Source: Haplodiscus bocki (lineage: Eukaryota). From it: a stretch of DNA of 64,000 nucleotides. Under the pieces are notes generated by a model. The model searched no databases. It worked only from the letters and a program-made list of their open reading frames with translations, and had not been told where the DNA came from. Of the stretch, positions 34,694 through 46,770 are shown in pieces (within the stretch, counting starts at the first letter, position 1; each line of letters starts with the position of its first letter). A program made the translations under genes and the position numbers. The stretch spans positions 30,690,001 through 30,754,000 of the forward strand of contig OZ296652.1 of the NCBI GenBank assembly GCA_965655095.1, given 5' to 3'.

Positions 34694-36804
34694 AACAATG
34701 TGTGTGTGTACTATACAGAATAGCTCTTTTCAAAGATTGATTGTCATCAATTCTATAGAAAATAAGTTTTTGAGTGCAAATGAATTAGAGTTCAGTTATA
34801 CTAAATTTTGATGAAAGAGCACATGTTCCTTTAGTCGCGTAGAGAAAAGCAGAAAAGATGATCAATTTCAGCTTTGTCAGATCAGGTTCACTCAAGCGAA
34901 AATGTTAATTCTTCAAAGTGGTTTACTTGGAAAAAGACAGCCTCGTGGAAAACTTTAGACCTGTAATGAGGATCGATTCTTCTTCACAAACTAGATCAAG
35001 ATCAAATTGAAATTTGAAAAAAAAAATCAAAAGAGTATTCAGAACAGTATCCCCCTTGCTTAGGCTTCTTGTTCTCCACTGTAAAACCGGCGCAAGTAAA
35101 TTTACGCGAAAAAGCGGGCAAATTTACTTACCCCGAATGTATTTCGGCCTCACATACAGTTTACCGAAAGGCGTGCGAAACTAACTGAAAACCTCATGTG
35201 CTTGCTGTTGCTTTACAGGTGAGTTTACCTGCCAATTCATATACAGCAGGAAAACCGCACGTGAAGGCGAAGTACATGGGAACCGCAGATAAATTTGCGT
35301 TTCTCATGTACAATTACCGCAGCGTTTCGTGCAAAAGAGGCATATTCAAGCTTAATCATTCTCAAACCTCAGTAAAAATGTCTGTAGATTTAAAGGTACC
35401 CTGCCTAAAAATTTTGTATAGAACTACTTGTGAAAAAAATTTTCTTTGGAGCCTTTTTTGAGCAGCATCTACAGACGTATTAGGACCTCAAGCTACTCAA
35501 ACTTGTTATAGTCTCTGCTGGCCGACAACATGGTCATCAACAGTGGCTAGGCTGCCAGCAAGCACCACAGGCCCATTAAATAGAAACTTAACAGTTGCAA
35601 AAAGTAAAAGATGAACTGGAAGAAAATTTTCATACCTGTTTTATGTATGATACTCGTCGTGGGCCTTCTCAAATCAAATGATATGTTGAGGGTTGCTTTT
35701 TGGTTTTTGATCTGATTATTCTATCGTATTGATTGTTGCTACAAGGCTATCCCATTTTTTTAGAACGAAGTTTTTCCGAAATGGAATTGTATAAACGACG
35801 TTTCTCTCAAAACTATGCATATCGTTGTTGGCAAAACTCAAAGAATGTCAGCAAAATGTGAGGTAAACTCGTTTGCGAAAATTTTTTAAAACGTATTTCT
35901 GAGTACCTCGTTACTGATAAGATTTTGAGCCAGGAAGGATGCCAGGATTTTGTCCTCTCACGTAAGATTTTGAAGTGTCACAAGCTCAGAGCCTCCAAAT
36001 GTCAAACATGAGGAATTGCTATCTTGCATACCTCGGTTGTACAGGAACTCCCATTCCGCGAAGAAGTGATTTTGGAAAAATGGGAAAATCGGCTGATGTA
36101 TTCAATTGCCGTTCTGGGATTGTTATTTTCTGTCGAAAAAAATTTTAACGGAAAATGTTCAATTCAGTAGTCGGAGTTACTTTCATTTTACTGATATTAT
36201 CCATGACGCGCAGAATCGTTGGTGTACTGTATAATACGTATGTTTGGGGTATCACCGCGGTAAGGAAGCCAAAGGTTGTGGGTTCAAATGCCATAGTCAG
36301 CCATATTTTTTAAACTTTTTTTCGGATACTCCTTAACTCATTCTTCTTTCATAGCAAAAGACAGTGTTTTTTGAAAAAAAAGTTTCATAATCAGTGGGCT
36401 CTGTTTTTCTTCGAAAAATGTACGTTTTCCGATGTAAAAGAAGCATATCGTTATTTTTGAAGATTTTTCGAAAAAGAGAATAAAATTTCGATTTGCCCCA
36501 GAAAACCGAAAAAAAAAGTTGAAAGTCTATAAATTCAATCATAGAAGTGAAAAAAAGAGAACTTTTTTACTTTTTCTGTATCCGTTTTCTTTCACTTTTC
36601 TGGTTTCTCGGGAGTCACAGAAGACGACTTTACTTCAAAAATACTTCTATTGGAACACATAGTTCCCACGTTGTGAGAAAACCAAAAAAACTCAATTATT
36701 ATTTTTCGTCGCATATGTAATATGCAAGAAAAATTATTCATTCAGTAGGGTCGTTTTTCTTTTTTCTTCAGACCAAAATTGACAACTCCAAATATTCAGA
36801 AATA

Positions 36805-36876
36805 AATGACAGCGGTAGGCTTAGGACAACAAGGTTCTCAAGCAGTAGGTTCGGGGTTCGAATCACTGCCCTGCCA
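36805..36876 (+). pseudogene. tRNA-derived relic
   Basis: GTAGGCTTAGGAC..TTCTCAAGCAG..GGTTCGAATC..GCCA; inverted homolog at 48190-48262; stems degenerate, isotype uncertain. Confidence 0.45.
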
Positions 36877-36889
36877 AAAATTTTTACGA

Positions 36890-37860
36890 TTTATCCCTAA
36901 CGTTTTTCGATACCCGGAATTAGTGAAACACTAAAGGGTCCCCTTCGAAAATTTATCGGCACTGTGAGACAAAAAATTTTCGACGATAAATCTTGATACC
37001 CCTCCCCCCGTATTCATAAACTTTTCGCTACCGGAAATTTTCTAAAACACAGCACAGAAGGGGGGTTCCTCTACGAAATTTTTTGGCACTGTGAGACAAA
37101 AAATATTCGACAGAAAATCGTGACTTAACCCTCTGAAGCACAAAACTTTTCGATACCAGAAATTAGTTACACACTAAAGGGTTCCCCTACGAAAATTTTT
37201 GGCAATGTGAGACTTAAAAATTTCGACAGAAAATCGTAAAAAAACCCTCTGAAGCATAAAATTTTTCGAAACCCGAAGTTAGTGACACAATAAAGGGTTC
37301 CCCTACGAAATGTTTCGGCACTGTGAAGCAAAAAAATTTGACTGAAAATCGTGAAACTCCCTCCCTCTTCCCTCCCTCTTATCCATAAATTTTTTGGCCA
37401 CCGGAAATTTCCTGATAGACAGCGCAGAAGGGTTCATCTACGAAAGTTCTCGGCACTGTGAGACAAAAGAATTTCGAAAAAAAAATCATGAAATAACCCT
37501 GTGAAGCATAAAATTTTTCCATTCCCGAAATTAGTGACACACTAAAGGGTTGCCCTGCGAAATGTTTCGGCACTGTTGGACAAAATTTTTTGACGGAAAA
37601 TCGTGACACTCCCTCTCTCTTCCCCTCTGTTCCATAATTTTTTTCGAGACCAGAAAATTTGTAAAACACAGAAGTGTTCCTCTACGAAACTTTTCGGTAC
37701 TGTGAGACAATAAATTTTCTAGAAAAAATCGTGATAATCCTCTCTAGGGCACAAAATTTTTCGATATCTGAAACTTTCTGAAACACAGTAGGGTTCCTCT
37801 ACGAATTTGCTCGGTACTGTGAGACAAAAGTTTTTCAACGGAAAATCGTGATACCCTTTT
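36890..37860 (+). repeat. Tandem array of ~88-bp units (TTCGGCACTGTGAGACAAAAAATTTTCGAC core)
   Basis: About 11 diverged units seen directly. Confidence 0.9.
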
Positions 37861-40800
37861 GCATAAAGTGCAGAAATCAGTTGTGGAATTGATGTTTGTA
37901 GAAACTCTTCGAAAAAGTCATATCAAAACAGCAGTTTAGTTTTTAACCGTTTGCAAAAGGTAATCAAAATATTTGTAGTTGGGCGAAAACTATGCCGGTG
38001 CTTGCCGGCCGTCTTGTTACTGATTTTCCTTGATGTTGCCGCTCATTTCTCTCCGATATTAAAACATACACTTCTTTCACTTGTGTTTCACATCCAAGCT
38101 GTCTACTTATACCATAGTATTAAATTCAAGAACGATTGTTTCTTCTTCTCGCTTTAGGACCCTGACAGCCCAGCAATGCAAAAACATGTGCCATGAGTTT
38201 GTGAAAAATCTCGGTTTTCACAAACAGTACTTCTCCATGAAGACTGACCTGATTTCTTCCACCGATATTCCAATCGAAACCTTTAGACCTCCAAAAGAAG
38301 ATCCGATTAAAAAAACGTTCTTTTTGAACCGCACTCCAGAGTCATGATGGTTCGAAATTTCCACGAAGTGCGCGCTAAAAGTAATAATTTATCTCTGCAT
38401 TCAAAGCCATTTTCTTCCGTAACTATAGGTTTAATTTCCATCATCACGGTCTCAATGAAAAGCAAAACACTTGCAAAAGAGCATCCAATTGAGAATTTTT
38501 TTACTTCAATTCTTGCATCAAAATTCTGATAATACGAAAGTTCCAAAAAATACCAAAAAAACTGACTAATCCCAATAATCCAACTCATTTTCTCCGTAAC
38601 TACAAGCTTGCTTTCTTCCATCAAGGTCCTAATCGAAAGCTTCCAGCTTGTTCCAAACCATTTGACTAAGCAATTGTGTCAATTTTTTCCTTGCATGAGA
38701 AACCTGATGGTCCGAATACTCCAAAAAGTGCTTTTGATAACAACTTAGCGTGACAACAACTCGTCTTTATCCGTAAGTATAAGGTTTTTTCAAAAACTTC
38801 TCAATCGAAAGATTTACAATTCGAGAAGAGGTTCGATTTAGGAGTCATTTGTTTCAATTTGTGCATGGAGGTATTTTCATTCCCAAATATCAAAATGAGC
38901 TGTTAGTACTGACTCGTCTTGATTTTCAAACTCATGTTTGTCCGTAACTACAAAATCGATTACTTTCAGTAGGGTCTCAAACAAAACCCCTAAATTTTGA
39001 ATCAGTTTTCGATTGAAAACCGTTCTGTTGTCTTCTTCGCCTCCTTCTGAATTCGGATAGATCGAGTTTTCCAAAAATTGCTATTAAATTTCATTCATCT
39101 CGATATTCAAACTCATATTTCTCTTCTTTTAAAGGCTTTTTTCCAGCAAGTTCTGAATTTAACAAGTTACACTTTTTGAGAACATTTTGTTATGAAAAAT
39201 GTTTGTTTTGTACTTTGGATCAAATTTCCGATAGTCCCAAGATTCCAAATTGTGCTATTAAAGTTGATTCATCAAAAGAAGCAAACAACTTTTTTTCTCC
39301 GTCTATGCCAACCTATCTTCATCAAAGTCTGAATGGGCAGTCTCTTTAGTGTAGGAGAATTTCAGTATTAAAAGGCCTTGAATTCGTGCTTTGCATTGGA
39401 ATTTCGATACTTCAAAAGTGCGAAAGATTTACGATTAGTCATCTCACTTTTGTGTGCGTTCCAACTGATAGTTCTCCATAACCACAGACGTGATTTTTGG
39501 TTTCAAGGTCGTCTTTTGGTGAACTAGTCAAGTATATATCTTTTGATTCTGTTCTGGTATTGCTCCAAAACTAATGACTTGATTTCTTTCTTCAAGGTCT
39601 CGATCAAAAACTTTTCACTTTCGTTGAAATATTCAATTGAAATTCATCAATTTTCGTGCATGCAATGGAATGATGATGCACCAGAATTGCCAGAAAGTGC
39701 TCTTAATCTTGACATGCCTCTTTTTTCAAACACAGATTCCTGTAACTCTACCTGCTTCATTCTTCCGTCAAGGTGTCAATCGATAGCTTTTCAACTTGAG
39801 GCAGACTTTTAATTTTGATATGTCAGCAAATTGGCCCTGTAAATCGGAACTGGAGTCCTGGTTGACCCAGAATAGCAAAAATGCTGTTGCTATTGAATTA
39901 TCTCGATATTCCAACTCGACTTTCACCGATTTGAAACCGATTTGAAATTTTTATCAAGGTCTGAATTGACGATGATAAATTTTCGATTTTTTGTCAGATG
40001 GAAAATTCAGTGATTTTGTCTTTTACATTGGAATGCTTATAGGATGAACATACAAAAAAATCCGATTAATCTTCTAATGTCGATTTTCAAACTCATAATT
40101 CTCTAAAGGTACCGGCTTGAGTTCTTCCGACAATGTCTCCATCGAGAATTTTTTGTCAATTTTGTTTTTTTCTGTAAAAATGTTTTAATGTTTGTTCGAT
40201 CAAGGTATTATGCGCCACATTGTCAGAAGATATGGCAGTGCGACTGCTCCTCTTGTTGACAGTTTTGGGAAATATGTGGTCAAGTTGACTCTTACTGCAC
40301 ATTGCAAGACTTCTAGTAGGTTTAACTTATGCTTCAACTTATGCTTCAGCGAGCACAACAGAGGCTTCAAGTTTATTGTCTGCGGGCGCAGGTGAAATAA
40401 CACGGGTTACCTACGGAAAGTGCGATATTTTCGCTGCGTAATTTGACAAAGGGTTTCTGTCCCGATGATGAACTCCTGAGATGCAATGGTTTTCAGTTTT
40501 CATCTATGATGTCTTTCAGCTTCTTTGCTGCAATGAAGCTCTGTTTTCCAACTGAAAAAATTCCAGGGACGTAAAATTTCGGAGAAAAAGTTATCATAAA
40601 GAGATTTAAGATTCCTTTTCTCCGAAAATTTCATTCTGATGGAAGCGCTCTCAGTGGATTTTTTTTTTGAGTTGGAAAACAAATGCATCGATCTTAATAG
40701 ACAAGAAGACAATGGAAGTCAATATCAAATCAATTCTCGATCGATTCAGATCAATCAGGAATTGATCGCCCATCGATCACGATCAATGGAAGCTAAACCC

Positions 40801-41873
40801 GGGTACAACTGTAATGTCCTGGGACCTGGGACTGTTACTTAATTTGAAAGCACGTACCAATAATCAATCAGTGAAAATGCAATAGGTTCTCAATTAAGCG
40901 GGCTGCTTTGGCTATACTATGTGTCATATGAAAATTCAAATTCATCCTGGATACTTTTTGGTGGATCGTTTTGTTTAACTCTTTTATAATTTGATAATAC
41001 CAGCAAATCCTTCTGTCTGATGGCAGATTAAATTTTCAATCTGTCAAGTAACTGTTTTAGTCAACGTGAAATCATTCTTGCCGATCACTCCATTCCGGCA
41101 CGCTATTAAGGTGCAAGTGTGCCGGAATAGCGCGTGAACAAATTTTTCCCTTCACGAGTTAAGGTGATTCTTCATTTCTTGTATAGCTCGTTCAGGCATA
41201 CCAGTTGACTAAAACATTTTGAAGATCCACTCACGTTCTTTTCTGTCTTCGGAGTCACTATTATCCCACTGAATGTAGCGGATGACTTGATGAACTCGCT
41301 CACTTCATTCGGCATGATCACGATGACGCCATAAACGAAACACCCGCACTCGAGTTTTAATTACTCGCTTTTCAATGTCTCGGTATTTACACTTGCTGGC
41401 TTCGGTTTTTCGGCAGTGACGTCTAAAAATTATGAGAATTTTGAGAAACGAAACTCGGTTCACTAGCTCCATTTTATATAGGATTTTAAATGCACCAGAA
41501 AAGCGTTTCATTAATTGACGTTTTTTTTCACTGTTCGCAATATCTAGATGTGCGCAAAAGCGGCAACCTAAAATTGAAAAATCTAACTTATATGATGGTT
41601 TTTTATTAATCTCATATGTACATACAATATAAACTACAGTTTATACGGAAGCAGAAAAACACCCAGACTCAGCTCCTAAAATTAATTCTTTCTGTGATAT
41701 TGTTGCATTGAGGCTGTTGCCCAGGTTCTTCAAACACTTTGGACTGATTCATTATTTGGAATGTTTATCATTTATGCAAAAGAAAGGACACATTGCCTAA
41801 ATAGGGTCATTCGGCAGTATTTGTTCAGAATGAGCTGAATTCCCTAGTCATTGTGTCAGACAAAACTTGCAAG

Positions 41874-42188
41874 NNNNNNNNNNNNNNNNNNNNNNNNNNN
41901 NNNNNNNNNNNNNNNNNNNNNNNNNNNNNNNNNNNNNNNNNNNNNNNNNNNNNNNNNNNNNNNNNNNNNNNNNNNNNNNNNNNNNNNNNNNNNNNNNNNN
42001 NNNNNNNNNNNNNNNNNNNNNNNNNNNNNNNNNNNGGAGAAGGGAGGAGAAGNNNNNNNNNNNNNNNNNNNNNNNNNNNNNNNNNNNNNNNNNNNNNNNN
42101 NNNNNNNNNNNNNNNNNNNNNNNNNNNNNNNNNNNNNNNNNNNNNNNNNNNNNNNNNNNNNNNNNNNNNNNNNNNNNNNNNNNNNNNN
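41874..42188. other. Two N-runs (41874-42035, 42053-42188) next to GGA-rich low-complexity sequence
   Basis: Ns separated and followed by GGAGAAGGGAGGAG-type repeats. Confidence 0.98.
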
Positions 42189-42779
42189 AGGAGGGGGGAG
42201 GAGAAGGGAGGAGGGGGGGAGGAGGTAGGGCGGATAACGGAAAAGGCCCCAGAACATTTTTCTTTGATTTATATTTTTAAAAACTCCCCGGCGCAGATTT
42301 TCTTTGCCGTCATCCTTGTTATATGTCCCGGTTTAACTCAAAATTTGCAAAAATGTGGAGTCAGTGCTCACTGTTACACCACATTCGTTGAAGCATCGTT
42401 TTAATAAATTGAATTCGCTAATTTTCTTAGAAATAACATTGGATCTTTTCTGTTAACTCCCCCTACCTCCACCAATTGAACGCCCCCCCCCCCCCCACAC
42501 ACACACCATGATGGATATGCGAAATTATTAATTTAAAATTCTCATTACTACAGGTGTGGGGGGGGGGGGGGGCGTTGTTAACAGAACAGAAAATATCCAA
42601 CAAATTCATATTTATCGTAAATTACGAACTTTGATTTTTAATTTTTTGGCTTCGACAATTCTGAAATCGGTAACCATTTTCGTGAAATTGACGTTTAGAA
42701 CACACTCGATTATTTTTGTCAATTTGGTTCAAATTTTTTTTCAGAGGATAAATTAACCTTTGTACATATGAGAACAGCT

Positions 42780-45700
42780 GCATGTATAAAATCAACAACA
42801 AAAAATAAAATGGAAGAAAAAAATATGAAGTGTCTCCATCCATAGCTTGGGTTTCTATAAATTTCGTCAGCATATTTGGGCATTTGAAACCGCTATAGAT
42901 ATATCCTCCGGGTTGGGTGGTCTGATTTTCCTTAATCCTCTGATGCACAAGATGGTTAAGCGTGCAACAAGGTTGCTGAGTTTGCTGTTTAGCTAGGATT
43001 TCGATTCCGAGAAGCAGATGTTTCGTTATTGAGACATCAATTTGGCAAGTTGATATATAAATCGGAATGTGAGCTGGTAGTAATCACCGTGTGTACTAAA
43101 AATTATTGGTGTGAAGCTCCCGTGCTCGACATTAACGATTCTATCGCTGTATTGTCGTGCCTTTTCTCTCTCATGATGACTAAAAGTCTCCTCAATATTC
43201 CTGCTAATGTTCGACTGCGCATTAGCATTGAAGACGCGAATGTCGAAGAACGCTCGCTGGCTGGGTCGTCAAAAGTCTCTCGCCGCAATGTCGAGTCGAG
43301 TTGCATCTTCTCTATTCGTCGATGTTTTTTCGTCTTCTCTTACCTGGACAAGGTGAGGTTCGTTACTGACATCTGCGCACACTTCATTCAGCAGATGTGC
43401 CAAGTACTCTCGAACGTCATTATGTCGCTTGATAATAAACCCTCAAGTTGCACATGTTAGAGCGTGAGTGATTGTGTAATCCTTACCGCAAACACATGTC
43501 AGAGGCATGTTCTCTAGAGGCAGAAGGTACCGTAGTCTTATCAGATCACGAAAATCAGACTTGGATAGATGCAGATCACTTTCCTTCAATGATCTTGCTG
43601 AGAGCCACGAGGAAGCTCCTGCTCTCGACATGTGATCGAGCTGCGTTTTCAACTGTTGTGATGCCTCGGAATATATTGTTGCCCTGAGTGCCTTCTGATG
43701 AGCCTCTTTTTCTTGTCGTACTTTTTCTATTTCTTGCTTGTGTATTTGGGGCATGTCTTCTGGGTACTCTTGTTGCTGATCGAGTAGAAGCTGAATATGT
43801 CGATCACACACCTTTCGTGATGCTGCATAGTTTGTTATTGCAGTGTCTGTGGGGTCCTGAATACCCATTCCGCCCATCTTTACAGGAAGTCGAAGAACTT
43901 TGCGCAACTAGTCACTTATATCGCATCCAAACAGAGCTGTAGTAAACTTCTTTCCGATGGTCTATTCAAATGGTTTCCATATTTGTTCGGATGGAGGAAT
44001 AACCCTTTGTACATTAGTATAAGTGTGTTGGAAGCGTGAGACAAAATAGCTATAGGCTGCATGTGGCTCGGCCTTGGCGAGTTCGCTTGGCTTTTCCAGG
44101 TTCGCTTTGCCAAATTTTCTTCTCGTTAGTTGATCACATGTCTCTCTCGGTCCGACGTATCCTACTGATTACTTGGTTGCGTCTGTAGTCACATTGACAC
44201 CAGACCCTGAAAAGATTTGAAGGGCCCGCTCATAGTGCTCCGATTTGATAAGAAGTATTGTTTTCCTGGCATTCGGAAAATATACGTACTTCGGTCCCTG
44301 CGCCAGGAGTGATGTCTACCATTCACGTACCGTTTCAAGTTTTCCTGCCCCAGCTCCATCGTCTGCATAGAAGGATTTCTTGGTGTTCGTCTCGTCTTCG
44401 TAGACCATTGGTTTAGTCGCAAAAGAATACATTTGCATCGCTACAACATCCCCTTGCGTTGTTCCTTCCCGAGACATAATAACATGCTGTTTGATGTAGA
44501 ACGGGGTCGGGCTTTTGTATACATTATTCAAGAATGTTGAAATTTCAGGACAGATGAATGATATGTTGTGTAGTGCCGCCTGACGTTTGAGACGGTTGAA
44601 GGCGTTCTCTGCATCAACGAATAATATTCCTTCCGTTGTGCTGTCATCAAATAATCCAGACATCGTATGTACTGCTGCTTCAACTCCGATTCGGGCACCT
44701 CCACAAGTCTGCATCGGACCTGTTGCATTTTGTGTTTCGCCCCTGAAGTTGTGTAATAATGCTGCAGTCACGATTCTTCTGAATCTTTCGCCTATTCCAA
44801 CTGGCCGTATACCTGGATTTTTGTCCAGCCCTATCATTCTACACGATAGGAAGGGCAGGATTGGTGCACTCTCGATGTTTGTGGTGGCCAGCTTGCGAGT
44901 GAATCTTGCCAGGGCTCCACATAAGTCGTTGCACCGATTTCCAAAACTCTCAGAGCACAGGATTCTTTTTGCCCCTTTTGCATTCAAGCCACTTGGTCCA
45001 GCGCCTCGACTACACTTCAGGGCCACTTTTCTTATGTATTCGCCGGTTAGATCTGCATATAGACTCTCCGGGACGGACTCTGGAGTGCCTTTTATGAGAA
45101 CTTCCGGGTTGGCTGGCTCAGCAGGTGGGTGTTTTTTTTCAGCTGGTTGATAACTTCTGGAGTCGGTTCCAGAGTTGAACTCGTTGTCCCATCGATTAGT
45201 TCTCCGGCCAGTCCTACGTTACCTGATGTGACAGCATTTGTGAAATTTCGCAATAATGTACTTTCAAATGTGTTAGACTTTCCCTTCGACATTCGTTGCT
45301 GCAGCAGTTTAGACTTTTTTATGAGTTCCTGACATTTCCTTCGCACCAAAGTTCAAACCTTCGCTGCAGTGCATTCACATTGTCTTTGGTTTTGGTGTTT
45401 TTAGATGGTTTTTGCAACATTAAGGCGGGTAGGACGAAAAAAGCGTATAGTGTATTCTGCGATCCATGAGTGCCATCAATGTATATGTTCAGGACTCGGG
45501 TCATTTCGTTCAGGAACCTGTTCCCAGCTCTTCCCGTTGGGAGTCTGAAGACGGTGTGTGACATACTTCTGATGACCCCGTGAGCCTTCTCGAGTTCCTT
45601 TGCCGCAATCTTTCCGCTTGGTACTGGAAATGTTTGTAATCCCTCGGATTCGCTGACCTGAGATAATACTCACGATGCCTGTTCCGCTGGAGTAATTGTG

Positions 45701-46190
45701 TGGTTTCCGGAAATCGCTAGCTCACTCATCATCTGTGTGGTGCCTGTATGGCCAAGGATCTCTGCATCCGTCATTGTGCTGGGTGCCTGGTTCGAATCGT
45801 TTAGTGTCAGTCCTGCCATTGTTTGGGTTAGTGTGGAAGGGCTACGGGTGGATATGAGCTGTGGAGTATGTGTTTCATCTGCCAACGTCTCTGTGTCAAC
45901 ATCATTCAGGTGCAATTTCGTCATGTGTTGTGTTAGTCCAGTACTTGCATTGTTCAGAACAGAGTCTGGTGGGAACTTTTGTGTATCTCTGTCATTTAGG
46001 CTCATTTGATTGATCAATTGGGACAGGCCGGAAGAATGATTGTTCTCCTCCAGTTCTTGCACCCGTGAGGGTCGCTTGCAACGCTCACAGACATAGCCTC
46101 TTCGCCAGTCCTTTGCTCTATTCAATCTTGCGCTGCAGTTCACATGAAGGGGCCCGCAGTATGCGCATTTGAATCTCGATCGGCCCAGGT
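42780..46190 (-). mobile_element. CRE/SLACS-clade non-LTR retrotransposon (RT plus restriction-like endonuclease), frameshifted, probably 5'-truncated
   Basis: GAGPSG, LDKNPGIRPVGIGE..RR, VDAENAFN, EGTTQGD, FYADD, LPVKMGGMG, GASSWL, CVCG..HALTC..RHN zinc knuckle, and RLDI..DIRV..HEREKARQY RLE motifs; stop at 42867. Confidence 0.9.
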
Positions 46191-46770
46191 CATATTTAGT
46201 TCAAAAATTAATCGTGACCAATAAAAAATTGGCATTGGTTTATTTTTAGCTTAAACTGATCGGTTCGTTTTTTTCGTCGTCTGTTCGTGTTTTGTATCGA
46301 CCAAAAAAAATGATGTTCCGATTAGTTCGAATTTTGGTGGTAATGCGTCAGCCTAGAGCATATGAGTATTTTTTCTGAGCGGTAAAAATTGATTTTTCGG
46401 ACAAAAGAAACTAGTTATTTAATTTCGGAGTTACGGCACTTCGGACAAATGAGACGCCCCCTGTTTACCTTAATTACAAAATTTTATTGCAGAACATACC
46501 CAAGTGCATCCAGCGTCTGTCTTGAAAGCCAGTTTGAAAATAGTGTTTCCAAAAAGTAAAAGAATGGGATGTGTAAATTGCAGAAAATAAATATGGGACG
46601 TAAAATGAGAACAACATAAATTTCTACTTTTGTTACGTTGAAAAAATCGGTGAAGTTCGAAGGATTAGGAGAACGCGTGCAATCAACGGATCATATTAAT
46701 TGCAAAGATTTGATGCGTGAAGTACAAATTGCGGAAATATCATCCTAACATATCGATTGAATGTCAACAA

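Larger units (their letters stand above)
36100..38016 (+). mobile_element. Non-autonomous Helitron-like element with tRNA relics and internal tandem array
   Basis: 3' hairpin GCCGG-TGCTTG-CCGGC, then CGTCTTG|T at 38016; homologous inverted copy at 46771-48900; 5' boundary approximate. Confidence 0.55.

Noticed and set aside
36805-36876. Functional tRNA genes here, at 48190-48262, at 48711-48772 or in the TIRs
   Set aside because: Acceptor and anticodon stems do not pair into a convincing cloverleaf; treated as relics.
40190-41520. Possible coding relic on the minus strand
   Set aside because: Only short interrupted frames with no motif I can identify.
41851-42404. ORFs spanning N-runs
   Set aside because: Artefacts of ambiguous bases.
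43029-46009. Plus-strand ORFs over the CRE element (e.g. 44587-45150)
   Set aside because: Antisense shadows of the RT coding frame.
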